DNA of 36,959 bases from Clostridiales bacterium (GTDB taxonomy: Bacteria; Bacillota; Clostridia; Oscillospirales; Oscillospiraceae). The stretch spans positions 1-36,959 of the forward strand of contig JAJPXR010000060.1 in the NCBI GenBank assembly GCA_021205375.1. The letters run 5' to 3'. Positions 26,007-36,308 of this stretch are shown piece after piece. The notes beneath the pieces are model-generated. The model saw nothing but the letters and a program-made list of their open reading frames with translations. It had not been told where the DNA came from and searched no databases. Within the stretch, counting starts at the first letter, position 1, and every line of letters begins with the position of its first letter. The translations under genes and the position numbers were made by a program.

Positions 26007-26873
26007 GTGGTCCAAAGCAAAAGTAAGTTCTCAAAGATAGAACCATACCTGTATTTGCTGCCGGCGGTGATCCTGTTCGGGCTGTTCACTTTTTATCCGT
26101 TTTTCAAAACGATCGTGTACAGCTTCGGCAACACAGATACCGCTGGACGGTTGACCGGTCTGGCAGGACTGGCCAACTATGCAAAGCTCCTGACGGACAG
26201 TGTGTTTCTCAAGTCCCTGAGCGTGACGGTGGTTTACTCCGTGCTGACGGTGATCTTTTCCATGTTCATCGGTGTGTTCCTCGCCCTGATGACCAGCGAA
26301 AAATTCCCCGGCCATAAGGTGTTCCGCACCGTGTACGCCCTGCCCATGGCGGTTTCCGCATCGGCCGCCGCAGCCATCTTCAATTTCATCTTCCACCCCT
26401 CCATCGGCATTTTGAACGGCATCCTGGGCACCAAGATCGGCTGGCTGACCGATTCCCGGTATGCGCTCATTTCGGTGGTCATCGTCACGGTCTGGATGAA
26501 CATTGGCGTCAATTACATCTTTGCGCTGGCCGCCGTCCAGGGCGTCCCCCAGGAGCTGTATGAAAGCGCCACCGTGGACGGTGCGGGCGCGTTGAGCAAG
26601 AGTTTGCACGTCACGCTGCCCTGTATTTCGCCCACCCTGTTCTTCCTGCTCATCATCAACGTGATCTATGCCTTCCAGCAGTACGCTCAGGTGAAGATGA
26701 TGACCAGCGGCGGACCAGACAACTCCACCCGCGTTCTGGTGTATGAGATTTACGAACAGGCCTTTATGTACGGCAAGTTCGGCTATGCCTGTGCGGAATC
26801 GGTAATCCTGTTCCTGATTTTGCTGCTGCTGACGCTGGCACAGTTCCGGCTTGAAAGAAAGGTGACTTACTGA
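26007..26873 (+). CDS. ugpA: ABC transporter permease, glycerol-3-phosphate/glycerophosphodiester (UgpA-like)
   Basis: YLYLLPA, GLANY, LPMAVS, ELYESATVDGA, ISPTLFFL; GTG after AAGGAGG; operon ends in a GDPD. Confidence 0.75.
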   Translation: MVQSKSKFSKIEPYLYLLPAVILFGLFTFYPFFKTIVYSFGNTDTAGRLTGLAGLANYAKLLTDSVFLKSLSVTVVYSVLTVIFSMFIGVFLALMTSEKFPGHKVFRTVYALPMAVSASAAAAIFNFIFHPSIGILNGILGTKIGWLTDSRYALISVVIVTVWMNIGVNYIFALAAVQGVPQELYESATVDGAGALSKSLHVTLPCISPTLFFLLIINVIYAFQQYAQVKMMTSGGPDNSTRVLVYEIYEQAFMYGKFGYACAESVILFLILLLLTLAQFRLERKVTY

Positions 26874-27700
26874 TGGACAAAAAGACGAAAAAGCGGCTCA
26901 CAAATGGCCTTTTGATTGCGGGGAACTTGGTGCTGGCGGCATTGCTGCTGTTCCCGATCTTCTACTGCCTGTCCATGAGTCTGATGACCAACCAGGAGAT
27001 TTACGCACAGAAGATCTTCTCCTTTTCCTTCAACATTGAGAACTACGCAAAAGCCCTGAAAATGGCCCCTCTCTTCCGCTACATCCTGAACACCGTTATT
27101 GTGGCCGGTGTTTCGGTGGTGCTGCAAATGGTCACCGGCACTCTGGCGGCGTTCGCCTTCTCCATGCTGCGGTTCCGCGGCCGGAACGTGCTGTTCCTGC
27201 TGTTCCTGGCCACCATGATGATCCCCGGACAGGCCATCATCATTGCCAACTACCTGACCGTCAGCAGTTGGAACATGGCCAACACCTACACGGCCCTGAT
27301 CCTGCCCTATGCCTGCACGGCGTTCGCCGTGTTCAATCTCCGGCAGGGATTCCTGAGCCTGCCCAAGGAGCTGCACGAGGCAGCCATGATCGACGGCTGC
27401 ACCAACTTCCGGTACTTCTACAGCATCGCCCTGCCGCTGCTGAAGCCCTCGCTGGGCGCTCTGGGCATCTATGAGTTTTTGCAGGTCTGGAACAACTATC
27501 TGTGGCCCCTGCTCATTACCAGCAAAACGGAGATGCGCACGGTACAGATCGGCCTGTCCATGCTCCAGGACGGCGAGGCCGCCCAGTATGGCCCGGTCAT
27601 GGCGGGCGCTATGCTGGTGCTGATCCCCTCCATCATCGTGTTCCTGGTGGGGCAGAAACAGATGGTCGCCGGTCTGACCTCCGGCGCGGTCAAGGGCTGA
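26873..27700 (+). CDS. ugpE: ABC transporter permease (UgpE-like)
   Basis: LATMMIP, LPKELHEAAMIDG, WNNYLWPLL, RTVQIGL, GLTSGAVKG. Confidence 0.75.
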   Translation: MDKKTKKRLTNGLLIAGNLVLAALLLFPIFYCLSMSLMTNQEIYAQKIFSFSFNIENYAKALKMAPLFRYILNTVIVAGVSVVLQMVTGTLAAFAFSMLRFRGRNVLFLLFLATMMIPGQAIIIANYLTVSSWNMANTYTALILPYACTAFAVFNLRQGFLSLPKELHEAAMIDGCTNFRYFYSIALPLLKPSLGALGIYEFLQVWNNYLWPLLITSKTEMRTVQIGLSMLQDGEAAQYGPVMAGAMLVLIPSIIVFLVGQKQMVAGLTSGAVKG

Positions 27701-27788
27701 TACCCGCTCTCCTTCTTTGCAGTCCGGGCCGCTGGCCCTGACGATAGATCATTGCAAGCAAACCCAAACAGAAAATTAGGAGGATCTT

Positions 27789-29198
27789 ATGAAGTTCAAT
27801 TCCAAACGTGGCTGGCGGCGTATGCTGGCCATTGCTACCGCTGCCGCTCTGACCGTCGGCGTTTTGTCCGGCTGCGGCTCGTCTTCTTCAACAGCGGACA
27901 CCACTTCCGATACCACCACCGCCGACAGCACCACTTCCGCTGCCAGCGATACCGAGTCCACGGGCAGCGTCATCGAGATAACGCTGTGGCACGCCATGTC
28001 CGGCACCAACGGCGAGGCGGTGGACTATCTGGTGGAGCAGTTCAACGAGTCCCAGAGCGAGATCCATGTGACCGCCGAATATCAGGGCACTTACGACGAC
28101 TCCAAAACCAAGTTTGGCGCCGCTGTGCAGAGCGGCGATGTGCCAGACATCCTGCAAATGTATGAGGTCGGCACCCAGTACATGATCGACCTGGATTGTT
28201 ATGTGCCGGTGCAGGACTTTATGGACGCCAACGGCTATGACGAGAACATCATCGAGGCCGTTTCCAACTACTATACCTACGATGGCAAGATGCTGAGTAT
28301 GCCCTTCAACACCTCCACTCCGGTGCTGTGGATCAACAAGGACATCTGCGCCGAGGCGGGGCTGGACGTAGACAATCCCCCGACCACCTTCGCGGAGGTG
28401 CTGGAGTGGTCCAAGGTCATCGTGGACGGCGGCTACTGCGAGGCCGGCTTCGCCGCAGCGGTGTACGGCTGGTACTTTGAACAGATGATCGCCGGTCTGG
28501 GCCTGAACTACGGCAACAACGACAACGGGCGCACCAGCCGCATGACGGAGGTGGAGTTCGACTCCAACGGCGCGCTGAACCAGGTGCTGACCACCTGGAA
28601 GGAGTGGATGGACAGCGGCTACTGCGCCAGCTACGGCACCACCACGGCGGACACCCAGACTGCGTTTAAGGCGGGCCAGGTGGCCATGATCCTGGAAAGC
28701 TCCGGCTGCCTCGGCTCCTTCATGGAGGACTGCGCTTTTGAAGTCGGCAACGCCAACTTCCCCAAGATCGAAGAAAATGACGACGGCGGCGTCATCATCG
28801 GCGGCGCGTCCATGTGGATGATCGACACCGGTGACGAGGAGCGGGAGAACGCAGCCTATCAGTTCCTGGCTTACTGCTCTCAGGCGGAGCAGCAGGCGTA
28901 CTGGTCCACCGCCACAGGCTATCTGCCGGTGAACGCGGACGCCGTGGACACCGAGACCTTCTCCAGCTATGCGGAGGAGACCCCGCTGGCCCTGACCGCG
29001 GTGAACCAACTGCTGAACAACCCCGTCAACACGGCGACCCAGGGTTGCCTGACCGGCGTGTCCTCTGAGGCCGGCTACATCTTCCAGGACGGCCTGGAGG
29101 ACCTCATCAATGGCAAGAAGAGCATCGAAGAGGCGGAAGCGGACATCACCGACCGCATCAACGCTGCAATCGAGGATTACAACGCAAACAACGGCTGA
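27789..29198 (+). CDS. ugpB: ABC transporter substrate-binding lipoprotein (UgpB-like)
   Basis: Lipobox LSGC, Ser/Thr linker, ITLWHAM, YQGTY, YEVGT, SMPFNTSTPVL, IIGGASMW, TGYLPV. Confidence 0.8.
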   Translation: MKFNSKRGWRRMLAIATAAALTVGVLSGCGSSSSTADTTSDTTTADSTTSAASDTESTGSVIEITLWHAMSGTNGEAVDYLVEQFNESQSEIHVTAEYQGTYDDSKTKFGAAVQSGDVPDILQMYEVGTQYMIDLDCYVPVQDFMDANGYDENIIEAVSNYYTYDGKMLSMPFNTSTPVLWINKDICAEAGLDVDNPPTTFAEVLEWSKVIVDGGYCEAGFAAAVYGWYFEQMIAGLGLNYGNNDNGRTSRMTEVEFDSNGALNQVLTTWKEWMDSGYCASYGTTTADTQTAFKAGQVAMILESSGCLGSFMEDCAFEVGNANFPKIEENDDGGVIIGGASMWMIDTGDEERENAAYQFLAYCSQAEQQAYWSTATGYLPVNADAVDTETFSSYAEETPLALTAVNQLLNNPVNTATQGCLTGVSSEAGYIFQDGLEDLINGKKSIEEAEADITDRINAAIEDYNANNG

Positions 29199-29215
29199 TT
29201 CGTTTTCCTCCAAAA

Positions 29216-29251
29216 GGCCCGCCGGAGCAACGCTCTGGCGGGTCATCTTTT
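29216..29251 (+). terminator. Hairpin/terminator after the ugpB-like gene
   Basis: ggcccgccggagc-aac-gctctggcgggtc-atctttt. Confidence 0.75.
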
Positions 29252-29355
29252 CGGGAAACTGTGCTATCCCTTGCTTCTTTCGGAGCGGCGGCGTAGAATG
29301 AAACTGGCTGTTTCCCATAGTTTGCGTTTTGTACGCATAGAAAGGTTGCATCGCA

Positions 29356-30117
29356 ATGAAACACACACGCAATATCAGTCACCGCGGTTACTCCGCGAAA
29401 TACCCGGAAAACACCCTTTTGGCCTTCCGCAAGGCCATTGAAGCCGGGTGCGACGGCATCGAACTGGATGTGCAGCTCAGCCGGGACGGCGTACCAGTGA
29501 TCTGCCACGACGAGACGCTGGACCGCACCACCGAGGGCAAGGGCCTGCTCTGCCAATACACGCTGGCGGAACTGAAACAGCTTTGTGCCGGGACGGGGGA
29601 AAATGGCGAGGTGTGCCGTATCCCCACGCTGCGGGAATATTTTGAACTGGCGGCGCCCGCAGGTATCAGCACCAATATCGAGTTGAAAACCGGCGTTCTG
29701 CCCTATCCTGGCATCGAGGAAAAGGTGCTGGAGCTGGTGGACACGTTCGGTCTGCGGGAGCGGGTGCTTATTTCCTCCTTTAACCATTACTCAGTGCTGC
29801 GCTTCAAGGCGCTGGCTCCTGAGATCCCCTGCGGTCTGCTGACAGAGAGCTGGATCGTCAATTTCGCCGCCTACGCCAAAAGCCTGGGAGTGGAATATGT
29901 GCATCCGGTCTACTTCTATTTGGAGCGGGCAAACGTAGAGGAACTGCAACGCGCCGGGGTCGGTATCAACACCTGGACCGTCAACGACCCGAAGGTCATG
30001 CGGCAACTGCTTGCCATGGGGATCGACGGACTCATTGGCAACGACCCGCTGGTCATTGGCCAGGAGATACGGGCCTTTGAGGCCGCCAACAGCAAGGCTG
30101 AACGGGCAAAGCTGTGA
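29356..30117 (+). CDS. Glycerophosphodiester phosphodiesterase (UgpQ/GlpQ family)
   Basis: SHRGYS..YPENTL.AF, IELDVQLSRDG..VICHD, NIELK, ISSF, WTVND. Confidence 0.95.
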   Translation: MKHTRNISHRGYSAKYPENTLLAFRKAIEAGCDGIELDVQLSRDGVPVICHDETLDRTTEGKGLLCQYTLAELKQLCAGTGENGEVCRIPTLREYFELAAPAGISTNIELKTGVLPYPGIEEKVLELVDTFGLRERVLISSFNHYSVLRFKALAPEIPCGLLTESWIVNFAAYAKSLGVEYVHPVYFYLERANVEELQRAGVGINTWTVNDPKVMRQLLAMGIDGLIGNDPLVIGQEIRAFEAANSKAERAKL

Positions 30118-30434
30118 AACAGAAACCAGGACTGCTCTTGTCACGAAGCTCGGCTTGATAAAAAAGAAGCCTCGTTTGTGAAGAAAACTCCTGAGTTGGT
30201 ACATACTTCCTGCGGCGGGTGATTCAGGAAAGGAACATCCCCCCAGCGACGACAGCCGAGCAGACCCAGCAACAGAGATATGGAACGATCACAGGCACTG
30301 TCTCTGTGAGGCGGACTTTTTCTGAAATCGGCATACGAATGATGCACGCTTCCCTGCAAAATGTGTTATACTAAGGGCAACGGTTCTTATCTGGCGTACC
30401 CTTAAATGTTTTCCTATGAGAAGGGAATCGCGCG

Positions 30435-31157
30435 ATGTATTTTTTTACCTATGAAACAGATTTGCCGGGTGGAGTGGGATTTTCTCACTTTTCCCCGACG
30501 CACCTTATCTGGCTTGCCGCAATTGCTGTGTTTATCGTACTGCTGTCAAAGTGGTTTTCCCGGAAAAGCGAAGAAACACAGCGAAGGCTCAGCAAAGCGC
30601 TGGCATGGTCGATGTGTGGTATTCTTGCGGCAGAGCATATGATCCTGCTCGTAACGGGACACCAGACGATTTATCAGCTTCCGCTGCACCTGTGTACGCT
30701 TATGCCGGTCGTATGCCTGATTTTTTCCTATACGCACTGGGACTGGGCGGGGCAAACGATTTACAGCCTGGGGATCGTAGGTGCAGCATTGGCGCTTCTC
30801 TTTCCGGACTGGAACAGGTATCCCCAGTGGAATTACATGAACCTGACCGGTTTTGCCGTTCACGGCGGTCTGATCCTCTACGGCGTTTGGCAGCTTACAG
30901 GGAAAACGGTCCGTCCCCGTATCACGGCGATGTGGAAACCGGTGTTGTTTCTGGCCGTTGTGGTGCCTCCCATTTACCTGTTTGACCGGTTTTTCGGGAC
31001 AAACTATTTCTTTTTGATGCGCGGGTCATCTGGCTCTCCGCTTCAGATTTTGGCGGAACAGTTTAGCGCTGCGTATCTTCTTGCCTATGCAGTTCTGGTG
31101 CTTTCAGTGATGGTGATCGAATACCTGCCCTGGCTCGGTAAGCGCAGGAACAAATGA
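30435..31157 (+). CDS. YwaF/TMEM164-like integral membrane protein
   Basis: FSPTHLIWL, LPLHLC, ALLFPD, HG, TNYFFL, SPL; multiple TM segments; TGnTATACT upstream. Confidence 0.75.
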   Translation: MYFFTYETDLPGGVGFSHFSPTHLIWLAAIAVFIVLLSKWFSRKSEETQRRLSKALAWSMCGILAAEHMILLVTGHQTIYQLPLHLCTLMPVVCLIFSYTHWDWAGQTIYSLGIVGAALALLFPDWNRYPQWNYMNLTGFAVHGGLILYGVWQLTGKTVRPRITAMWKPVLFLAVVVPPIYLFDRFFGTNYFFLMRGSSGSPLQILAEQFSAAYLLAYAVLVLSVMVIEYLPWLGKRRNK

Positions 31158-31255
31158 CCTTTTGATACGTTTTTAGTTATCCGCACGCGGAAAGCAAATG
31201 CCTTGGTATCATCTCCGCTGTCTGTCGGTGGCCTGCTGCCCCCAAGCTCCTGCGA

Positions 31256-31428
31256 CCCCAGCCAGAAATGGCTGGGGTTTTATGCGTTACCAACCTGTTT
31301 ACCATGCGTAAATTCCAGTTTCTATACGATGGCAGCAAAGAAGCCCAGGCACTCACCAGAAGTGCCTGGGCTTCCTGTTACTGCCGTCATGGGAGATGTT
31401 GCAAAACAGCAAAAGCTGCAACGCTCCC
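31256..31428. terminator. Cluster of hairpins between convergent genes
   Basis: ccccagcca-gaaa-tggctgggg-tttt; gaagcccaggcact/agtgcctgggcttc; gggagatgttgca...tgcaacgctccc. Confidence 0.65.
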
Positions 31429-31474
31429 TTGTCTTTGTGGGGCTGTTTTGCGCTATCCCTTTGTGTTTTTTAGC

Positions 31475-33823
31475 TCAATAATGCAGACCGAACCCGGAGC
31501 GGTAATAGTTGCCGTCCGCGTCGTAATAGGCGTAGCTGCCGCCTTTGACCTTTGCCAGCACCTCCGGGTCGATGTACTGGTCCTTGTCGTAGCCGGGGAC
31601 ATCGTTGGGGGAGGCGCAGACCTCCCGGACCACACCGTCGATCTCCTTCTCGGTGATGGCGATGACCTCCGGCGAGGACACCATGGTCAGGCTCATCTTG
31701 CCGGTGGGGTTGAACGCACCGGACAGAACGTCCATTTGTGCCCCCAGCGCGTTGTCCATGGCCACCGGAGAGATGGTATACTGGAAGGTCAGACCGTCGC
31801 AGTAAGGCTCCAAATTGGACAAAATCCAGGGGTTGTTGACCACGCAGGTGGCGATGACCTTGCCGCCGTGGGCGTGGACTGTTTCCGCAATGCCGGGAAT
31901 CTCATCGACGCCCCGGAGGGTGTGGATGGGAATCAGGTTGCCGGTCTTTTTCTGGGATTTGTTCATCTCGCGTTCTTCATGCATCAGGCCGTCCACCAGT
32001 TCCAGGACGGGCATAGAGCGCTGAACGAAGATGATGTTATTCTGCTTGGGCCAGACGTGGAGATAGGCGTAATCGCAGTCCTCCGCCTTGTCAACGATCT
32101 CATAGCCCCGCCCGGCCAGCAGCTCCTCCAGTTGCTTCCGCAGCGCCTCGTTGTCGGAAGTTCCGGCAGTACCGGCGCCCATGGACTGAGCAAGTGCTGC
32201 GCCTGCATCGTCTCCGGCGAAAACCGCCACAAAGACCTTCTTCCCCTTTTGCATGGGCAGAGCGCCCTCGTGGTTCTTGGCCAGGACCACTTCCTTTTGG
32301 CAGGCTTTGTAAGCGGCCTTTTTCGCGCCCTCGTAGTTCTCGGCGCGGATGCGGTCCGCTTCGTCCGGGTCGAGATAGGGGTTGTCCACCCGCTTCTGCT
32401 TGAACAGGCTCAGGAGGCGGCGGTAATTGGCGCGGTCCAGGTCCTCCTTCGGCAGCAGGCCGTCCTCTACCGCTTTCACAATGTTTTCCGCGTCCGTGTT
32501 GCCGCCGATGACATCCGTTCCGGCGGAAATGGCCTTGGCATAGCGCTCCGGGATGGACAAATCTTCTACGCCGTAAATCTGCACGGCGGTAATGCCGGAG
32601 TCGGAGTTTACATAGCCCTCGAAGCCCATGGTTTCTCTGGCCAGACCGGTGATCAGCTCTTTGGAGTAGGCAGAGGCCACCTGCTCGGAGGAGGTCAGCT
32701 TGCCCCGGTAATACTGGGGCTTGGAGCGGCCATCCGTCCCCACGCGGGAGTAGTCGGGCATCAGGGAGGAGGCTTTCATGTCCATCGCGGCCTGGAAAGG
32801 CGGCAGATGGTATTTTTCCATAGACCCTTCCGTGGGGTATAGCCGCCACTGGCCGATGGGCATATGCGGCTCAAAGCCGTTCTCTGCGGGGCCGTCGCCG
32901 GGGAAGTGCTTGACCGTCAGGACGACGCTGCCCTCGTTCAAACCGTCCTCCCCGTTTTGGTAGCCCCGGACCAGCTCTCTGGTGATGCCCGCGGTGATGT
33001 TGGGCCGCTCGCCATAGGTGCCGGAGTTCCGCGGCCAGCGCGGGTCCGTGGACACGTCCACTTGGGGGCCGTACATGATGTTCAGGCCGCAGCCCTTCAT
33101 CATCTTCCGGTCCGTGTCAGCCATTTCATAGACCATGTCGAAGTTTCCGTCCCCCAGGCAGGCGGCGCCAAACCCCAGGAAGTCCGGGTAGCCGATGTTG
33201 ATGGGGTTGGTGTGCATGGAGTATGGGATGGCAACGCCGCCCTGGACAGCTCCGTACTCCAGGTATTGGGTGCCGATGTTGTGGTAAAGGGCGGCGACGC
33301 CGGCCTCCGCCACCATATCGCCCCGGTAAACGCCGGCGGTGATCTTCTTCTCCAGCACATCGGTGTCGTCACAGCGCATACTGATGCCGGGCAGCGGCGA
33401 AGTCGGCTCCGGCTCGGTGGGGTCAAAGTGCTTGAACACCTTTGTTGGGATGATGTTCCCCTCCTCGTCCTGGGCCTCTTTCCGGGTGAAGGAGACCGGG
33501 GTGTTCCACAGGGCGTTCAGCACCAGACCGGCCTGCTGTTCCAGGGACAGATGCTTCACCATGTCCGCAGCGCGGACCTCGTCGGAATTGCGCCAGTCCT
33601 CATAAGGGGAGAGAACGCCGTCGTTGTCCATGTCCTTGAAATACAGGCCGTCCTGCACGATCACGCCGCAGGTGGTGACGCCGATGTCGGGGCCGTTTTC
33701 GTTGTGGAAAACCACCGGTTCCAGATAGACATCGGTGATGTTGTCGCCCTCCTCCAGCACGTATGGAGCGGGGATGTAACCGTCCTTCACAGAGGGGTCG
33801 ATGGTGATGGGATTCTTTTTCAT
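31475..33823 (-). CDS. Glycoside hydrolase family 3 (beta-glucosidase-like), no signal peptide
   Basis: FKDMDNDG.LSPYEDWR, GPQVDVSTDPRWPR..GTYGE, TVKHFPG, YHLPPF, MPDYS, GFEGYVNSDS, GFGLHY; RBS AAGGAGTGA. Confidence 0.92.
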   Translation of the reverse strand: MKKNPITIDPSVKDGYIPAPYVLEEGDNITDVYLEPVVFHNENGPDIGVTTCGVIVQDGLYFKDMDNDGVLSPYEDWRNSDEVRAADMVKHLSLEQQAGLVLNALWNTPVSFTRKEAQDEEGNIIPTKVFKHFDPTEPEPTSPLPGISMRCDDTDVLEKKITAGVYRGDMVAEAGVAALYHNIGTQYLEYGAVQGGVAIPYSMHTNPINIGYPDFLGFGAACLGDGNFDMVYEMADTDRKMMKGCGLNIMYGPQVDVSTDPRWPRNSGTYGERPNITAGITRELVRGYQNGEDGLNEGSVVLTVKHFPGDGPAENGFEPHMPIGQWRLYPTEGSMEKYHLPPFQAAMDMKASSLMPDYSRVGTDGRSKPQYYRGKLTSSEQVASAYSKELITGLARETMGFEGYVNSDSGITAVQIYGVEDLSIPERYAKAISAGTDVIGGNTDAENIVKAVEDGLLPKEDLDRANYRRLLSLFKQKRVDNPYLDPDEADRIRAENYEGAKKAAYKACQKEVVLAKNHEGALPMQKGKKVFVAVFAGDDAGAALAQSMGAGTAGTSDNEALRKQLEELLAGRGYEIVDKAEDCDYAYLHVWPKQNNIIFVQRSMPVLELVDGLMHEEREMNKSQKKTGNLIPIHTLRGVDEIPGIAETVHAHGGKVIATCVVNNPWILSNLEPYCDGLTFQYTISPVAMDNALGAQMDVLSGAFNPTGKMSLTMVSSPEVIAITEKEIDGVVREVCASPNDVPGYDKDQYIDPEVLAKVKGGSYAYYDADGNYYRSGFGLHY

Positions 33824-34165
33824 AGGTTCACTCCTTGTAGTCATGGTTTGGTGGTTATTTTCTAACGATGTCAGGACATACGGAAACAAGCCGCAAAATC
33901 GGCTATGGCAGATGGCGTGAAACGTGTCTCGCAACTATGCGGTATTGCCTTAGCGTCCTTTCCTATTGTTATACTATGTTTTTTCCAAAAATACAAGTGT
34001 GAAATGCGGGAAAATTGTATTATTCCGACAAGACACAACCGGTTTCCGATGCAAAAACGCTTTTCCGTCGCCGCTGGGAAGAAGCGGCCCAGGTGCGAAC
34101 GAAAAGAACAGGATTTTCACGATAAACCGTGCGAAAATCCTGCTTTTATTCAATCTATCTTCGAC

Positions 34166-34501
34166 TTACTGTTTGCGCGTCAGATGGTTCCCCCATACAG
34201 CCAGTTCCGTCAGGATGGGCTTCAAGGCGCGGACTGCATCGGTGATTTCATACTCCACCCGAATGGGAACCTCCATATACTCTGTCCGCTTCACCAGCCC
34301 GTCCTCCTCCAGTTTCTTCAGGGACTTGGCAAGCATCGTGTTGGAAATACCATTCATTTTTCGTTTCAGGTCATTATAACGAGTTGAGCCGTCCTGGGAC
34401 AGGGAACACAGAATAGACATCTTCCATCTCCCACCGATTGCACTCATGGCTCGCTGCAAAGGACAAGCTGTCGTACACGGGCAAATATGTTCGTTCGCCA
34501 T
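34166..34501 (-). CDS. HxlR/DUF24-family winged-helix regulator
   Basis: CPLQRAMSAIGGRWK, RYNDL, ISNTMLAKSLK.LEEDGLV.R, VPIRVEY; RBS GGAGG. Confidence 0.92.
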   Translation of the reverse strand: MANEHICPCTTACPLQRAMSAIGGRWKMSILCSLSQDGSTRYNDLKRKMNGISNTMLAKSLKKLEEDGLVKRTEYMEVPIRVEYEITDAVRALKPILTELAVWGNHLTRKQ

Positions 34502-34678
34502 TTCAATTCCTCCCACTCAATACGTTTTTTCTTACCTGCTCCACAAAAACTGCGTAGTTGACTTGAACAGATTTCATGACTATAATCACATTATAGTAGG
34601 TAGCAAATTAAGAGCAAAGCAATTTTTCGGAGTTAAAAAGGAGCGGGTCATCTTTTCTGCAAAACAAGAGGAACGATC

Positions 34679-35104
34679 ATGGACAGAACCAACACGGCTG
34701 TGCGTTACTTTCCCAAATCGGGAAACACGAAAAAGCTGGCGGATGTGATCGCGGAGACGGCGGACTGTGCAGCAGTGCAGATTCCAGCACCAATCGACAA
34801 CAAGGCGGACATTCTGTTTCTGGGCGCGTCCGTTTACTGTGGTGGTATCAGCGCAGAGGGGAAAGAAGATATCCAGACACTGGATAAAAGCAAAATTGGA
34901 AAGGTCGTGGTTTTCTCTACCTCTGCCCTTGCAGAGCGGGCGTTCCCGCAATTACAGAAGAGGCTGGAGGGCAGAGGTATTCCAGTCGAGAGCAGAAATT
35001 TCTACTGCCGTGGAACGTTTGCAGCCCTCCACAGGGGACGACCGAATCAGGATGATTTGAACGCCGCAAAGAAATTCACGGCGGAAATAATAGAAAGGAA
35101 GTAA
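34679..35104 (+). CDS. Flavodoxin family protein
   Basis: YF.KSGNTKKLA, DILFLGASVY, VVVFSTS, FYCRG, GRPN..DL. Confidence 0.8.
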   Translation: MDRTNTAVRYFPKSGNTKKLADVIAETADCAAVQIPAPIDNKADILFLGASVYCGGISAEGKEDIQTLDKSKIGKVVVFSTSALAERAFPQLQKRLEGRGIPVESRNFYCRGTFAALHRGRPNQDDLNAAKKFTAEIIERK

Positions 35105-35110
35105 CACCTT

Positions 35111-36208
35111 ATGGCGGAGAATGAATTTAACCTGGGGGAATACCTGACGGGTGGCGTTGAAAAAATCGTCAAGGGCGCGGTCAGAGCGAGATTAAAAGAC
35201 CCGATGGAAAGAGTTTTCATGGAGGGGTATGCTCTGTCAAGCCGGGAAGCCTCTAAAAGACGTGCTGAGTTGGAAGAACAGGGAGAGCATATCCCGCCTT
35301 TTTTGATTGCCAGCATTACCAGCAGTTGCAATTTGCACTGTGCGGGATGCTATGCAAGGGAGAACCACATCTGTTCGGACGGGAAAGCGTTCGCTCGGCT
35401 TTCCGCAGAGGAGTGGGAGGCCATCTTTCGGGAAGCAAAAGAACTGGGGATCGGCTTCATTCTTTTGGCAGGCGGAGAACCCATGATGCGCCGGGACGTT
35501 CTACAAAAAGCGGCGGAGATTCCAGAGATTTTGTTCCCTGTTTTCACCAATGGAACTCTGATGACCGACAGCTATCTCCAACTGTTCGATCAGTCCAGGA
35601 ATTTGGTCCCAATTTTCAGCATTGAAGGCGATGAGAAGAAAACCAATGAGCGCCGGGGAACCGGGATTTATCAGAGCCTGATTCGGGCGATGGACAAAAC
35701 CAGAGAAAATCATCTGATTTTCGGCGCATCCGTCACAGTGACCACGTCCAACCTGAACGAAGTCGTTTCGGAAGAATTTCTCTCCGTTTTGCAGGAGCGC
35801 GGCTGTAAGGTCGTGATTTATGTGGAATTTGTACCCGTTACGTCGGACAGTACCGAACTGGCTCCCCAGGATGCAGAGCGGGAATTTTTGAAAGAGAAAC
35901 TCGCTGAATTGCGGGAGAAGTACCCGGAAATGTTGTTTGTTTCCTTCCCTGGGGATGAGAAAAGCTCTGGTGGCTGCCTGGCCGCGGGGCGTGGCTTCTT
36001 CCACATCAATCCGCATGGCGGCGCGGAACCCTGTCCCTTCTCCCCCTATTCCGACATCAATGTTCGGGATACATCTGTCAGAGAGGCACTACATTCCAGG
36101 CTTTTCACCGCTTTGCAGGATGGGGATGTATTGATGGAGGATCATGCGGGAGGCTGTGTCTTATTTGAACGGAAGGACCGTGTGGAAGCGCTCCTGTCTG
36201 CTGAATAA
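35111..36208 (+). CDS. Radical SAM protein with C-terminal SPASM/Twitch-like cysteines
   Basis: CNLHCAGC, AGGEP, FTNGT, SIEG, GCLAAGRGFFHINPHG.AEPCPF. Confidence 0.92.
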   Translation: MAENEFNLGEYLTGGVEKIVKGAVRARLKDPMERVFMEGYALSSREASKRRAELEEQGEHIPPFLIASITSSCNLHCAGCYARENHICSDGKAFARLSAEEWEAIFREAKELGIGFILLAGGEPMMRRDVLQKAAEIPEILFPVFTNGTLMTDSYLQLFDQSRNLVPIFSIEGDEKKTNERRGTGIYQSLIRAMDKTRENHLIFGASVTVTTSNLNEVVSEEFLSVLQERGCKVVIYVEFVPVTSDSTELAPQDAEREFLKEKLAELREKYPEMLFVSFPGDEKSSGGCLAAGRGFFHINPHGGAEPCPFSPYSDINVRDTSVREALHSRLFTALQDGDVLMEDHAGGCVLFERKDRVEALLSAE

Positions 36209-36251
36209 TACAGGAAACAGCTTATATTCTATCGTTTGATACTTTTTACAT

Positions 36252-36290
36252 AGCTCACACGACTTAAACCTTCGTGTGAGCTTATTTTTT
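36252..36290 (+). terminator. Rho-independent terminator
   Basis: agctcacacga-loop-tcgtgtgagct-tattttt. Confidence 0.75.
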
Positions 36291-36308
36291 GTGTTGGAGG
36301 TGAAAAGT

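Noticed and set aside
27888-29372. 494-aa minus-strand ORF
   Set aside because: Antisense shadow of the ugpB-like gene.
31268-32842. 524-aa plus-strand ORF
   Set aside because: Antisense shadow of the GH3 gene.
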